The notes under the pieces: generated by a model
What the model saw: the letters and a program-made list of their open reading frames with translations, nothing else
The model's database searches: none
What the model was told of the DNA's origin: nothing
Source of the DNA: Candidatus Methanosuratincola verstraetei
GTDB lineage: Archaea > Thermoproteota > Methanomethylicia > Methanomethylicales > Methanomethylicaceae
Length of the DNA: 64,000 bases
Assembly (NCBI GenBank): GCA_049570475.1
Contig: CP186953.1
Span: forward strand, 736,001 to 800,000
Direction of reading: 5' to 3'
Program-made: the position numbers and the translations under genes
In this document: one piece after another, positions 38,309 to 49,900 of the stretch
Numbering within the stretch: position 1 is the first letter of the stretch
Layout: the number at the start of each line of letters is the position of its first letter

Positions 38309-39463
38309 TTAGACCCTCCTGAGGACCGTGACGTATGTGCTCGATCCTGAGCCGCCTATATTCTGTGCAAGGCCTATCGATGCGTCTGGGACTTGCATTT
38401 TACCTGCCCTTCCTGTCAACTGTAAAAATAACTCCGCAATCTGATAGGCACCAGTGGCCCCCACAGGGTGCCCCCTGGACTTCAACCCCCCGCTCGGGTT
38501 CACCGCAACCACGCCGCCAGGTTCAAAAGCGCCATTCATCATCATTTTGTGGAATTTGCCCCTCTCACAGAAACCAAGATCCTCCAAAGAAAGTACGCCG
38601 GTAATGGTGAAGGCGTCATGGATCTCAGCCACATCAATATCCACAGGCGAGATGTGCGCCATCCTATATGCGCGGTCGGCCGCAGTAACAGTCGATCTAA
38701 ATGACAAAAGACTCTCTCTCGAGGCTATGTTGATTGTGTCCGTTGCGCCAGAGATGCCTGCGACTTCGACAAAATCATCTGAGTATTTTTTGGCGTCTTC
38801 AAGAGGGCACAAAATCAACGCAGCCGCCCCGTCTCCGACAGGGGCACAATCAAAGAGGGTTATCGGGTCCGAGATCATATCGGAATTGAGGACAGTTTCG
38901 CGTTTTATCTCAAAAGGCAACTGTGCGAAGGGGTTCCTTGATCCGTTTCTGTGCATCAAAACTGCAAAGTCAGCAAAAGCTTCTCTTGGAACACCATAAT
39001 GATCCATGTAGTAGCGCATTATCATCGCATTCAGGGAAACAAAGCTTGATCCGTAAAATAGCTCATACTCCGCATCAGCAGCCTTCCCTAACGAAAGTGT
39101 CGTATTTCCCCCTACCCCATCTGTCAACTTTTCGACCCCGCCAGTCATTACAACATCATACATGCCAGACGCGACTGCAGAGTAAGCAGCAAGGAAGGCT
39201 GCGCCGCCTGAGCCGCAGGCAGCCTCCACGCGATAAGCAGTATTGGGGACAAAACCGAGGTAATCGGCTAGGAGAGCGCCGATGTTGTTCTGATCCGATA
39301 GGTCTGACGCACACATGTTGCCAACTATCAGGCAGTCTATTGCAGGGGATCCGGTTTGGTTTAACGCAGCAATCCCGGCCTCTCCAAACAGCTCTTTGAG
39401 TGACTTCCTCCAATGTTTGTCAACTTTAGTCATCCCCGTTCCAATTATAGCTACTTTACGCAT
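38309..39463 (-). CDS. Acetoacetyl-CoA thiolase
   Basis: EAACGSG, DGAAA, EIHDAF, NPSGGLK..GHP.GATG. Confidence 0.93.
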   Translation of the reverse strand: MRKVAIIGTGMTKVDKHWRKSLKELFGEAGIAALNQTGSPAIDCLIVGNMCASDLSDQNNIGALLADYLGFVPNTAYRVEAACGSGGAAFLAAYSAVASGMYDVVMTGGVEKLTDGVGGNTTLSLGKAADAEYELFYGSSFVSLNAMIMRYYMDHYGVPREAFADFAVLMHRNGSRNPFAQLPFEIKRETVLNSDMISDPITLFDCAPVGDGAAALILCPLEDAKKYSDDFVEVAGISGATDTINIASRESLLSFRSTVTAADRAYRMAHISPVDIDVAEIHDAFTITGVLSLEDLGFCERGKFHKMMMNGAFEPGGVVAVNPSGGLKSRGHPVGATGAYQIAELFLQLTGRAGKMQVPDASIGLAQNIGGSGSSTYVTVLRRV

Positions 39464-39477
39464 TGTTAGACCTCCTC

Positions 39478-40542
39478 CTACATGACGATCTTACGCCTCA
39501 TCTTGGCATAGATCGCATATTCGAGGTTCTTCTTACGACTTATGTAATCGATAATCCTTGGAGCTTTATCACGTTTGGAAACAATTCCCTCGCATACAGT
39601 GAAGCTAAACGCATCGCTACCTGCACCGGAGCCGAAACTCGCCAAGAAGATACGCTCGCCTGGCTTCGCTACATCGAGGACTGCTGATAGACCTGTCACT
39701 GAAGAACCCGCGTAGAGATTTCCGATATATGGGACTAAAAAGCCGGCCTCTATCTGTTCTTTTTTGAATCCCAGAATCTTGGCAGCCCTTATTGGAAACT
39801 TGCCGTTGGGCTGATGGAAAACAGCATAAGTGAAATCCTCCGGTCGTAGGGACAGCTCTTCCATCAACAACTTTCCAGCAGAAATTACGTGGTGGAAATA
39901 GGCTGGCTCTCCGGTGAAGGCCTCTGCATGAGACGGATAGTCTTTTTTTGGTCGCCTCCAGAAATCGGGAGTGTCAGTTACAAAGGAGACTGACGCCTCT
40001 AATTTGGCAACCGGGTCGGTCACTCTATCGCCGCGCCCCATGATTATGGCAGTACCCCCGCAACCGGCAGAGAATTCCAATGCGTCTGCAGGAGCGCCCT
40101 GCGCAGTGTCCGCTCCAATAGCCATTCCATAATTTATCATTCCAGAACCCACTAAGCCGATGCAGCATTGGAGGGCCTCGGTTCCTGCCTTGCAGGCAAA
40201 TTCAAGATCTGCTGAAAGGAGTCTGGGGGTGGCGCCTATTGCCTCAGCGACAATTGTGCCAGTAGGCTTAACGGCATATGGCTTCGATTCAGAGCCTACA
40301 AATATAGCCCCCAATTCATTGGGCGCGACTCCAGCCCTCCTTACGGCGTTCTTTGCAGCCTCTACAGCTATTGTAGCAACATCTTCATCCAGTCCGGCAA
40401 CCGCTTTCTCATCGATAAGAAGATCTTCCTTGAAGTGCTTGGCGGACTTCCCCCATACCTTCGCGATCTCTTCTGCTGCTACTCGATATCTAGGTATGTA
40501 GGATCCCCATCCGGTTATGACAGCGTCTATGACTGGGCGCAT
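39478..40542 (-). CDS. Hydroxymethylglutaryl-CoA synthase
   Basis: [32 protein letters not shown]. Confidence 0.95.
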   Translation of the reverse strand: MRPVIDAVITGWGSYIPRYRVAAEEIAKVWGKSAKHFKEDLLIDEKAVAGLDEDVATIAVEAAKNAVRRAGVAPNELGAIFVGSESKPYAVKPTGTIVAEAIGATPRLLSADLEFACKAGTEALQCCIGLVGSGMINYGMAIGADTAQGAPADALEFSAGCGGTAIIMGRGDRVTDPVAKLEASVSFVTDTPDFWRRPKKDYPSHAEAFTGEPAYFHHVISAGKLLMEELSLRPEDFTYAVFHQPNGKFPIRAAKILGFKKEQIEAGFLVPYIGNLYAGSSVTGLSAVLDVAKPGERIFLASFGSGAGSDAFSFTVCEGIVSKRDKAPRIIDYISRKKNLEYAIYAKMRRKIVM

Positions 40543-40628
40543 AAGCTTCCACGTGCCTAGAACCTTTTTGCACTCAAGTATATTAGGACTTCGATTTTTG
40601 ACGCACTATAAAATCGACTTTTAACGAA

Positions 40629-41333
40629 TTATGAGCGGAGCAGGTGCAGCGACTTTACAAGCTCATCAACGCTGGCTTTCTTCGAAAGGATCAGAGGGAT
40701 GTCCTCCGCCTTCGCAAGGGCGACAGCAATCCTGTCAAGCCTTGTGACTCCATGAAGCACTATAGCAGCGGGTTTTAATGGAGTGACCCGGACGGCCACC
40801 ATAGGAGATCGCCCGGTAGAGGTCTTTGTAAATATGAGTGCCCTTTCAGCCGTGGATCCCATCAGCTGATAGAAATCTGCTCCGGACATCGAGAGAATGG
40901 CCTTTATGCTATCAACGACAGTGTAACCAAGGATTTTCTTTTCTGAATAGGCTTCGCATGCAAGGAACTCTCCGTCAATTGCTCTTGCGACTTCAGCCAA
41001 AGAGAAAGGCGATGGAAACTCATAGAGATCAAGGATTGCGTCGGAGGTCGTTTTCATGATTGAAGAAAATTGCCTCAGAATCCTGGACCCGTGCGCAGTA
41101 TCGATGTCGACCATCCCAGTTACAAACTTCTTTATGAAAGTCGCTCCAGGGGAGTGCCGCCTGCCCCCCTCGTAATCGCTAATCACCGAGGGGGAAATCC
41201 CCATTTTATCTGCGATCTCAAGCTGGGTGATTCCGAAGATCTCTCTCCAGCGTCGCATGATCTCCCCGGGCTCATTGGAGAGGATAATTTCGCCTATAAT
41301 CCGCTTCATAAGCAGCTCCTTGGCAGCTTCCAC
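40629..41333 (-). CDS. XRE-HTH regulator (COG1709-like) upstream of HMGS
   Basis: GEI.LS..PG, SVISDYE.GRR.SPG, GYTV.DS, GRSPMVA. Confidence 0.88.
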   Translation of the reverse strand: MEAAKELLMKRIIGEIILSNEPGEIMRRWREIFGITQLEIADKMGISPSVISDYEGGRRHSPGATFIKKFVTGMVDIDTAHGSRILRQFSSIMKTTSDAILDLYEFPSPFSLAEVARAIDGEFLACEAYSEKKILGYTVVDSIKAILSMSGADFYQLMGSTAERALIFTKTSTGRSPMVAVRVTPLKPAAIVLHGVTRLDRIAVALAKAEDIPLILSKKASVDELVKSLHLLRS

Positions 41334-41425
41334 CCATTACACCGGCAGAAGATTTATGGCTGGAAGTAAAAAACTATTTCTATAAAAAAGTATAAAGAGG
41401 GCACGCTTTTCATTTATTTCCCTAA

Positions 41426-41503
41426 GGGGCTGTAGGCTAGCTTGGTCTAGACTGTCAGGCTCGGGCCCTGGTGACCCCGGTTCAAATCCGGGCAGCCCCA
41501 CCA
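41426..41503 (+). tRNA. tRNA-Pro(CGG)
   Basis: GGGGCTG/CAGCCCC-ACCA; CAGG-CTCGGGC-CCTG. Confidence 0.93.
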
Positions 41504-41588
41504 AAAATCCTAGGAATAAAAAAAGAATTCTCCGAACTCCAAGGGAAGACCATGGAGCCGGCTATCATGAGACATAGACTCAAGGAAG

Positions 41589-42305
41589 TCACTGGGCGGC
41601 TGGCGGTGGAGGCGGGGGCGGAACTGCAGCCGATGCTTCATTGGTAGAAGAGGGCCTGCCAGCAGAGTAAACAAGTGCGGCAGATCTGAATATGAACACG
41701 CTGAGCGCAGGGGAAATTATCAATGAAATCAGCCAACCGACGAGAGGGATCGCTGTGATAAGACCTATGATTGCAACGATTACGACCAGGGCAATGATCC
41801 AAAGTATGTACATCCCCCAGCCAACATTCCCGATTACTTCTAGAATCTCTCCGAACGCGAATGCCTTGCCGAAGCTGTTCTTCTTGATCATGTTCATTAT
41901 GCCCATGTAGAACAGTATGCTTGCTAGTATGCCAAGTATGAGCCCAGCAATGAAAGTGATCAGCGCAATTCCTCCTACAAATAGCCCAGGGGTATGTGGG
42001 AGCATTGGGATGGATATTAAGCCTATTATCGAAGGTCCGATGAGAATCAGAGGGACAATCATGTAGATTATGGCGACTACCACTATCTTAAGACCCTCAA
42101 TGAACAATGAGGCGTACTCTGTAAGCGGAGGTGGGGCATTCCCCTCAGGGCTCTCGCGGGCAACTTTCGCCGCGTAGCCGATCACTATGAAATTTAGTAT
42201 AGGTATTATGCTGAGAATAATGAGGATCACTAGACGCCCGAGGTCGCTGAAAAGTTTTTGTGCGTATTGAAAAGCATCACTCAAATTCTTACCTAGGTCC
42301 AACAT
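41589..42305 (-). CDS. DUF4013-like membrane protein
   Basis: IIPI...GY, LF..GLK, AF.F.E; Pro-rich tail. Confidence 0.8.
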   Translation of the reverse strand: MLDLGKNLSDAFQYAQKLFSDLGRLVILIILSIIPILNFIVIGYAAKVARESPEGNAPPPLTEYASLFIEGLKIVVVAIIYMIVPLILIGPSIIGLISIPMLPHTPGLFVGGIALITFIAGLILGILASILFYMGIMNMIKKNSFGKAFAFGEILEVIGNVGWGMYILWIIALVVIVAIIGLITAIPLVGWLISLIISPALSVFIFRSAALVYSAGRPSSTNEASAAVPPPPPPPAAQ

Positions 42306-42365
42306 ATTACATCATTTATAATAAAAAATGAACGGGCATATAATTTTATTCGGTAAAAAATGGAA

Positions 42366-43757
42366 TTATAGCAGAGATGCCTTCTTTAAAATACCCCTGC
42401 CAGCCAGTATCCCGTTTGCAGCTGCCCCGACTATGCCCCGTGAAAGTCCAACCCCGTCCCCAGCAACGAATAGGTTTTCTACAGTAGTTTCTAGATCCTT
42501 GTTAACCTGGAATTTATTGGCAGAGAATTTGATTTCTGGGGCATAAAGGAGCGTTGAAGAACTTGCAACTCCAGGGATGATCTCGTCCAGCTTTTCGAGA
42601 CCTTCAATGATATCTGAGACTATCCTATGCGGCATCGCCATAGCTATGTCCCCGGGAGTAGCGGAATGGAGCGTTGGCTTGATTTGGCTGTGGGAAATCC
42701 GAGTCCATGTGGACCTTCTGCCCATCCGTAGATCGCCGAGTCTCTGTATGAGCGGCTCCCCCCCTCCAAGTATAGTTGCTTGCTGTACTACTGAGCGCCC
42801 ATAGGCAGTCGTATCCTCAACCGGCTCGGTTAGAACGACCCTGACTAAAAATGCAAAGTTGCTGTTCTCCGAAAGCGTTTCAGTCATCGAGTGCCCATTT
42901 ACACCTACGAATCCGTCGTAGACCTCCTTGACTACATACCCCTGGTGATTCACGCAGAATGTCCTTACGAAGTCATCATATGTGTCGGTGTAAATGTGGA
43001 ACTTAGGGTCGCGGTTCACTTGGATTATTGGCTCCATTACGAATGCAGGGACCTCCACTCTGACCCCAATATCGATAGGTTCATGTTTTGCAGGTATGGA
43101 AAGCCTTTTGGCTATTTCAGCTGCCCAGTTCGCTCCTACCCTTCCAGGGGCCAAAAGCACATATTTCGCAGTCATCTCGGTGCCATCATCGAGGATCACC
43201 TTGCTTTGCTTCACGTCTTTGACGTGTGTGCCTAAAAGAAACTTTACCCCTTTTCTTTCGAGGTCCGCTTTGAAGTTGTTGATTACCTTTGGGGCACCAT
43301 CGCTGCCCATATGCCGCTGCGTAATCGGAAGGAACTTTATGCCTACAGAGGCGGCTCTCCGCTGGAGGTTAACTGCCTCGTCAACATCCCCACTGTAAAC
43401 CTTCGTCGGAGCCCCATATTTCACAAATATGGAGTCGACATAATTGACCAAATCCCAAGCTTCCCTTTCATCCCTGGTAAACTCGGTCAGATCGCCGCCT
43501 ATGTCGGGCCTCAGATTTAGAAGACCGCTGGAAAGTGTTCCTGCCCCTCCCACACCGCTCATTATGCTGCAGACGGGGCAACGGGTGCAGCTCTTGTAAT
43601 TCTGAACCGGGCATTTCCGTTTCTCAACGTCGTATCCCTGGTCGATTACCAGAACTGAAAGCTTATCCTTTGCCTTGTCCACAATCTCGTAAGCCGCAAA
43701 CATTCCCGCTGGACCAGCGCCGACTATTATAACGTCATAGTCCAAAGAAGACACCAC
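42366..43757 (-). CDS. NAD(P)/FAD-dependent oxidoreductase (COG2509-like)
   Basis: GAGPAG, Cys cluster, IGVRVE, RTFC.N, AGDG.G.SRG. Confidence 0.9.
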   Translation of the reverse strand: MVSSLDYDVIIVGAGPAGMFAAYEIVDKAKDKLSVLVIDQGYDVEKRKCPVQNYKSCTRCPVCSIMSGVGGAGTLSSGLLNLRPDIGGDLTEFTRDEREAWDLVNYVDSIFVKYGAPTKVYSGDVDEAVNLQRRAASVGIKFLPITQRHMGSDGAPKVINNFKADLERKGVKFLLGTHVKDVKQSKVILDDGTEMTAKYVLLAPGRVGANWAAEIAKRLSIPAKHEPIDIGVRVEVPAFVMEPIIQVNRDPKFHIYTDTYDDFVRTFCVNHQGYVVKEVYDGFVGVNGHSMTETLSENSNFAFLVRVVLTEPVEDTTAYGRSVVQQATILGGGEPLIQRLGDLRMGRRSTWTRISHSQIKPTLHSATPGDIAMAMPHRIVSDIIEGLEKLDEIIPGVASSSTLLYAPEIKFSANKFQVNKDLETTVENLFVAGDGVGLSRGIVGAAANGILAGRGILKKASLL

Positions 43758-43788
43758 AGAGCTTCAGATAAACAGACAGTTATTTATT

Positions 43789-44199
43789 TTGTTGTCAACA
43801 ATACTTCAAAAAGTGTCCCAGATGGAAGAACTCGACAGGGCTTTTCTTGAAAAGTTACTTGGAACCAAAGATCAAGATGTCTTGGAGGGCTACAAACCAA
43901 AAATTGTCAAGGCCATTGAAGCTGTTGAGAATTATGCTGTAAAGAGGTATAGGTTCAAACCCAGTATGAGGACAGTCTGGATAGTTGTTGGCAAGGAGCG
44001 GGAATACCATGTGATACCTGGATTGTACTGTCAATGCGATGATTTTTACATAAATGTAGTAATCAAGAAGAAGGCGCGTGCTTGTTACCACATGATAGCC
44101 CAGGCCCTCGCTGAAGAAAGAGGGATTTTCGAGAGCTACGAACTGCTTGACAGCGATTTTATAAGGCTCAATAAGGAATGGAAGGGGCAAACCCTGTAG
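43789..44199 (+). CDS. SWIM zinc-finger protein
   Basis: YCQC.DF...CYH. Confidence 0.82.
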   Translation: MLSTILQKVSQMEELDRAFLEKLLGTKDQDVLEGYKPKIVKAIEAVENYAVKRYRFKPSMRTVWIVVGKEREYHVIPGLYCQCDDFYINVVIKKKARACYHMIAQALAEERGIFESYELLDSDFIRLNKEWKGQTL

Positions 44200-44252
44200 G
44201 TGGGTTTAGTTGGCGCGGTTACCTGAGTGAAATGCTCGTTTGTTGATCTGCA

Positions 44253-45341
44253 ATGGCGATTAGAATGTCAAACTTTGATGATCTTTTCAAAAAATACAAA
44301 GAGATAACAGGCTTGCCGGATGAGGAGATTCTAAAGCTCATTGAATCAAAGAAGAAGGATTTGGGATACCTTGTAAATGACGATGTAGCACTCAGACTGG
44401 TTGCAAAGGAAAATGCAATCAACCTTTACGATAGCAGCCCTGAGAAACCTTCACTGAAAATCGACGATCTTGTACCAGGCCTGAGCAACGTCTCCCTCAA
44501 AGCAAAAATATCAAGGATCGGAGATCTGAGGGAATTCAAGAAAAAAGACGGGGGTCTTGGGAAAGTATTGAGGGTAAGGATAGCAGACGACACAGGGATC
44601 TGCAACCTTGTCCTTTGGGATGAAAAAACAGAATTAATTTCAGGCATTTATGAGGGATGCAACATTGCTATAACTGCTGCATACACAAAGACGGGATTGA
44701 ACGGTCTTGAAGTGCACATTGGCCAAAAGGGGAAGCTTGAAGTTTTGCCCGAATTCTCGAACCCCATTAAAGGGAGGATAATGAGGGTCTTTGATCCTAT
44801 TGATTTCATTACAAGCGACGGTAGACGTGGCAGGGTCGTGGCTTTTGTTGTAAAATGTGAAAAACAGCAGAAGGTTTTGGTTTGGAACCCGTCAGATCAG
44901 TTACTATCTAAACTCAAAGCAGGGGCGGCGGTCGAGATCTTCGGGGGAATGACTAAAAAGGATTTTAATGGTGAAACGGAGCTGCACATAAATAATGAGA
45001 ATGGCGTGAGAATAGATCTTGATGACGTAAATGAGCTTCATGAGAGAAGGGTAACTAGGCTCTTTGAGATCAAAGATGAGGACCCAGATCTGGTAGTGGA
45101 AGGCATTATTGAAAACGACCCTGATCTTGCCACAACCCAAGCTGGGAAACAGTACTGCAGAATTCTGCTAAGAGATCAAGAGACAGTCATACCGGTAGTC
45201 TTTTGGAACGATAAGGCAGTTAAAATAAAACAGTCTGCAAGACCTGGCATGGTTTTAAGAATAGATGGTTGTAGCGCAAGGTATGGACCGAATGGCCTTG
45301 AGCTATCAGTCAATCGATGGAGCAAAATAAAACTTGGATGA
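44253..45341 (+). CDS. Replication protein A-like OB-fold protein
   Basis: Three OB folds (D.TG....LW, V.VW, V.FW). Confidence 0.85.
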   Translation: MAIRMSNFDDLFKKYKEITGLPDEEILKLIESKKKDLGYLVNDDVALRLVAKENAINLYDSSPEKPSLKIDDLVPGLSNVSLKAKISRIGDLREFKKKDGGLGKVLRVRIADDTGICNLVLWDEKTELISGIYEGCNIAITAAYTKTGLNGLEVHIGQKGKLEVLPEFSNPIKGRIMRVFDPIDFITSDGRRGRVVAFVVKCEKQQKVLVWNPSDQLLSKLKAGAAVEIFGGMTKKDFNGETELHINNENGVRIDLDDVNELHERRVTRLFEIKDEDPDLVVEGIIENDPDLATTQAGKQYCRILLRDQETVIPVVFWNDKAVKIKQSARPGMVLRIDGCSARYGPNGLELSVNRWSKIKLG

Positions 45342-45405
45342 AACAGGTTGTAGAAAGGTTATTAATGAATGTTTTTAGAGGGTAAGCAAGAAGATACTCG
45401 AAGGG

Positions 45406-45666
45406 ATGATCACTGTGGGTGGAAGGAAGAGGAAAAAGACAGTACGCCGAATGAAAAAGAGCATACCGAAGATTTTCCCTTGTCCCAACTGCGGAGAGAA
45501 GACACTTGCGATCGAAATCAACAGAGAGGCGGGTGTTGCTGAGGTCAAGTGCGGAAGATGCAACATCAATGATGAAGTTGCAGTATCATCGGTAGAACAG
45601 GCAGTCGACGCATACGGAAAATTTGTTGACAAATATTACGGCGGGGAAAAGAATGCGACGAGTTGA
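45406..45666 (+). CDS. Transcription elongation factor Elf1
   Basis: Basic N-terminus, FPCPNC...CGRC, VD.Y.KF.D. Confidence 0.9.
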   Translation: MITVGGRKRKKTVRRMKKSIPKIFPCPNCGEKTLAIEINREAGVAEVKCGRCNINDEVAVSSVEQAVDAYGKFVDKYYGGEKNATS

Positions 45667-46414
45667 AAGCTATCTAAACGACCAGATAAGAAAAATGGGA
45701 TGCATACATCTAACGCTAATCGATCCGGACAAATGTACGCCCGAACAAGCACGTTCCATTGCTCTTGAAGGGGAGAAGCTTGGGACTAGTGCCTTCATGA
45801 TAGGCGGTTCAACTTGCGTTGGCGGTGAATTGCTTGATGAACTGATAAAGGGTTTGAAGTCAGGTTCTAGCCTCCCCGTGATCCTCTTCCCAGGCAGTCT
45901 TTTCGGGATAAGCAGGTACGCCGACGCAGTATGGTTCATGTCTGTACTGAACTCAAGCAATGTTTACTACATTACTGGAGCGCAGGCAATTGGTGCCAGG
46001 ACGGTCAGGGCGTATAATCTTGAGGCGATACCCCTTGGATACATAATAATAAGTCCAGGAGGGACTGCAGGTTTCATAAGCCAGGCGATGACGATACCCC
46101 ATGACAAGCCCGAGGTTGCTGCCATATACTCTTTGGCTGCCCAATACATGGGAATGAGGTTTGTTTATCTCGAGAGGGGCTCTGGCGTTGAAGCACCTGT
46201 TCCACCTAGCATGGTCCAGCTCGTAAGGAAAGTTGCTTCGGAGGTTAGACTGGTTGTTGGAGGCGGAATAAAGACGAGGGAGCAGGCCAAGGAGCTGGCA
46301 AAAGCAGGAGCCGAGATAATAGTGACAGGGAATGTTGTTGAAGAGAGAGGCATAGTCGGGCTGAAAGAGATCATCGGGGGAATTGAGGAAGGGGTAAATG
46401 AGAGAGGAGCTTGA
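45653..46414 (+). CDS. Geranylgeranylglyceryl phosphate synthase
   Basis: LIDPDK, IGGS, ILFPG, YLE.GSG, VGGGI, VTGN. Confidence 0.93.
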   Translation: MRRVESYLNDQIRKMGCIHLTLIDPDKCTPEQARSIALEGEKLGTSAFMIGGSTCVGGELLDELIKGLKSGSSLPVILFPGSLFGISRYADAVWFMSVLNSSNVYYITGAQAIGARTVRAYNLEAIPLGYIIISPGGTAGFISQAMTIPHDKPEVAAIYSLAAQYMGMRFVYLERGSGVEAPVPPSMVQLVRKVASEVRLVVGGGIKTREQAKELAKAGAEIIVTGNVVEERGIVGLKEIIGGIEEGVNERGA

Positions 46415-46976
46415 AAAAGAGTTCGTTAGAAAATCCATTCATTTGACCGGCATCTCTGTCCCATTATTTTATATTTTTTTCCAAAGGGATTTGACAATAC
46501 TATATACTGCAATGGCGCTTTTGGTGTTTGTTGTTTTGGAATATGTTAGAGTCAGGGTGCATTCATTATTTCCTTTGCCGAGAATGGCTTCCATGATTCA
46601 GAGAATGAAGGAGAGGACTGCAATTGCTGCCAACGTATATTTTTGCGTAGCAGCAGTCGTCTCGATTTACTTCTTTAAGGAATTTTCAGTGGTGGTTGGG
46701 TTAAGCACTGCCCTACTTTCAGATGCGGCAGCTGCAATAATTGGGACTGGGATCGGGAGGCACCGCTTGAAAAATGGAAAGAGCTGGGAAGGGACTGCAG
46801 CAGGTGGGCTTTCAGCATTTTTCATATCATTATCATTAGGTGGAAGTCTGATTGTTTCAATAGTTTTGGGATTTGTCTTCTGCTTAATTGATCTGATAGA
46901 TTTCGGTTTTGATGACAACTTTATCATGCCTTTATTAATGGTAATGGTTGTTGAATTAGGAGGGTCGCTTCTGTGA
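46398..46976 (+). CDS. Dolichol/diacylglycerol kinase-family membrane protein
   Basis: RK.IH, D..AA.IG...G, KSWEG, DDN..P. Confidence 0.88.
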   Translation: MREELEKEFVRKSIHLTGISVPLFYIFFQRDLTILYTAMALLVFVVLEYVRVRVHSLFPLPRMASMIQRMKERTAIAANVYFCVAAVVSIYFFKEFSVVVGLSTALLSDAAAAIIGTGIGRHRLKNGKSWEGTAAGGLSAFFISLSLGGSLIVSIVLGFVFCLIDLIDFGFDDNFIMPLLMVMVVELGGSLL

Positions 46977-49900
46977 CTTCAGGGGAGCATTCAGAGTATT
47001 TTCAGTTATTGGAAAATAGGACCTCAGAACTTTACTCACTTGCACAGGAAGCCAGGAAAAAAGGTTTGGATCCCAAGGAATATGTTGAGATCTACAAAGC
47101 CCAAGATTTGGCTTCAAGAGTTGAGGGGTTGATAGGCCTCAAAGGAGTTGCTGAAAGGATCAGAGAGCTAGACCTGAAGTATTCACGGGAGCAGACAGGA
47201 TTTACGATAATTGAGGAGATAGTCAACGGAAAATACGGCAAGTTCGAGGATGAAAAAGCGGCAGATTACGCGATGCGAACGGCCCTGGCAATCGTCACTG
47301 AGGGTATAACGGCAGCGCCCCTCCAAGGCATCGAGAAGCTGAAAATTAAAACGAACCCAGACGGTAGCAAGTATTTAGCAGTTTACTATGCAGGACCGAT
47401 GAGGTCAGCTGGAGGCACTGAGCAGGCACTGACAGTCCTTTTTGCCGAGAAGATCAGGAAGCTGCTCCATCTGGACAGGTATAAGATCACTGAAGAAGAG
47501 ATCGGGAGGTTCATAGAAGAGTTGAGGTTGTACGAGAGGAAGGTCTCCAACTTCCAATACCACCCTTCTGACGACGATTTGAGGCGGCTCCTCCCGAACA
47601 TACCAATCGAGATCACTGGTCCTCAGACGGACAACATTCAAGTTTCAGTATATAGAAATCTCCCCAGAATCGAAACCAATTGCGTTAGAGGGGGGGCGCT
47701 GAGAGTTGTTAACGACGGCGTATATGGCAAGGCTTCAAAGCTGAAAAAGGTAGTCGAAAAATTAGGCTTTACTGATTGGGATTGGCTAACTAAAATAAAG
47801 AAAGAAGAAAAGAAAGAAGAAAAAGAATTTACTGGAATTTCTCCAGACATAAAATACCTTGTCGATATAGTCGGTGGAAGACCCATATTCGCCCACCCTT
47901 CGAGGTTTGGCGGCTTCAGGTTGAGGTACGGGAGAGCCAGGAACACAGGTCTGGCTTGTGTAGGGATAAACCCAGTCACCATGATCATCCTTGAGAGCTT
48001 CATAGCAGTTGGAACTCAACTAAGAGTCGAGAGACCAGGAAAAAGTGCAACAATAACGCCTGTAGATGGCATTGAAGGACCAATTGTGAAGCTTAAGAAT
48101 GGCGACGTACTAAGGCTTGAAGATGAGGTCACAGCCGAGCGTGTAAAAGAACAGGTCGACAAGATACTTTTTCTTGGGGATATGTCTGTTGCATATGGGG
48201 AGTTTCTTGAGAATAATCACAGGTTGATGCCGCCTGGCTACTGCGAAGAGATTTGGGCCGAGGAAATGAAGCTCGAAATTAAGCAGAAATTCAATGGTCG
48301 GAATGACCTCGCTTCGGATCGCCTTGGAATAATGGTGGAGAGGTTCAATGATTTCATTAACCATCCAACATTGGTCAAGCCAACACCTGAAGAGGCACTT
48401 TCTATCTCAAAGGTGCTAGGAGCCCCCCTCCACCCCAGGTACACCTATTTCTGGGAGAGGCTAAAGGTAGGGGAAATCATTGCGATTAAGAAATGGTTTA
48501 CCTCAGAACGCCAAGGGAACAGGTTCAAGTTACCGCAAAAAGAGGTGAAGGAATTTCTGGAGCTTGCTTGTATACCCCATCGAAAAGTGGAGGGCATGTT
48601 GGTTTTTGATGATCTTCCAATTTTAGAGGCGCTGTTATCTTCAGAAAAGACATCCTCGCTTCGATCCCCACTTGAGTTTTTAAGTGAAACCTCGGGAATT
48701 GTTTTGAGGGCAAAGGGGAGAAGCTTCATTGGCGCTCGAATGGGAAGACCAGAGAAGGCACGTGAGAGGGTAATGAGCCCCCCGACCCATGTCCTATTCC
48801 CTGTTGGACTTGCTGGTGGCCCCCAAAGGGACTTGGTCAAAGCGGCTTCAAACAAGAGCTTCGTTACGACAATCAACATAAGGCATTGCAGGAAATGCAA
48901 CCGAACAACCTATGAAAGAGTCTGCTCAATATGCGGAGAAATGACGGTTAAAATTTACAAGTGCAACAACTGCAACCAAAGGAACTATTTCACCTGTGAA
49001 AGCGGGAAAGAGGTCTGCCCCCAGTGCGGGGCCGAAGCGGTTCCATATGAGCAAAGATCAATATCCCTCGAGGAATTCCCCAAACTTGTAAGAAAGTACG
49101 GGATAAGGAAAGATGCAGCCATAAAGGGCGTTAAGGGGCTGTCCAACCCCACAAAGGTGCCCGAGATATTAGACAAGGGCTTCTTGAGAAGCAAGCACAA
49201 GATATTCGTATACAAAGATGGAACGGTAAGATACGACATTACGAATGCCCCTTTGACTCACTTCAAGCCCGCTGAAGCCCATGTCAGTGTCGAGAAACTG
49301 AAAGCATTGGGGTATACCAAAGATATTTTTGGTAAAGATCTGAATGAACCAGACCAAATTCTCGAATTGAAAGTTCAGGACGTAATAGTCCCAAAGAGTT
49401 GTGGAGAGTACCTGCTCAGGGCTGCCAGATACGTCGACGAGATGTTGACTAAGACCTATGGCATGGCTCCTTTTTACAATCTCAATAGTTACGAAGACCT
49501 CGTTGGGCACATCGTGATAGGGTTGGCGCCACACACTTCAGCAGGCATAATAGGCAGGGTGATAGGGTTTACTGAAGCCAAGGTCTGTTACGCGCATCCT
49601 TTCTGGCACGCAGCAAAGAGGAGAAACTGCGACGGTGATGAAGACGCAATAATGCTTGCTCTGGAGGCGTTCATAGACTTTTCAAAAGCATACCTGCCAG
49701 ATAAGATAGGCGGTCTGATGGATGCTCCGCTTGTGGTGACCACTACAATAGATCCTACAGAAGTCGACGACGAATGCCACAACATGGAGACTACTGCACC
49801 GCTCCCGCTCGAATTTTACAGGATGTGTGAGGAGTATAGAGAGCCTAAGGAAGCCTTGAAATGCCTCAATATTGTAAAAGACAAGTTGAGAACCCCAGAG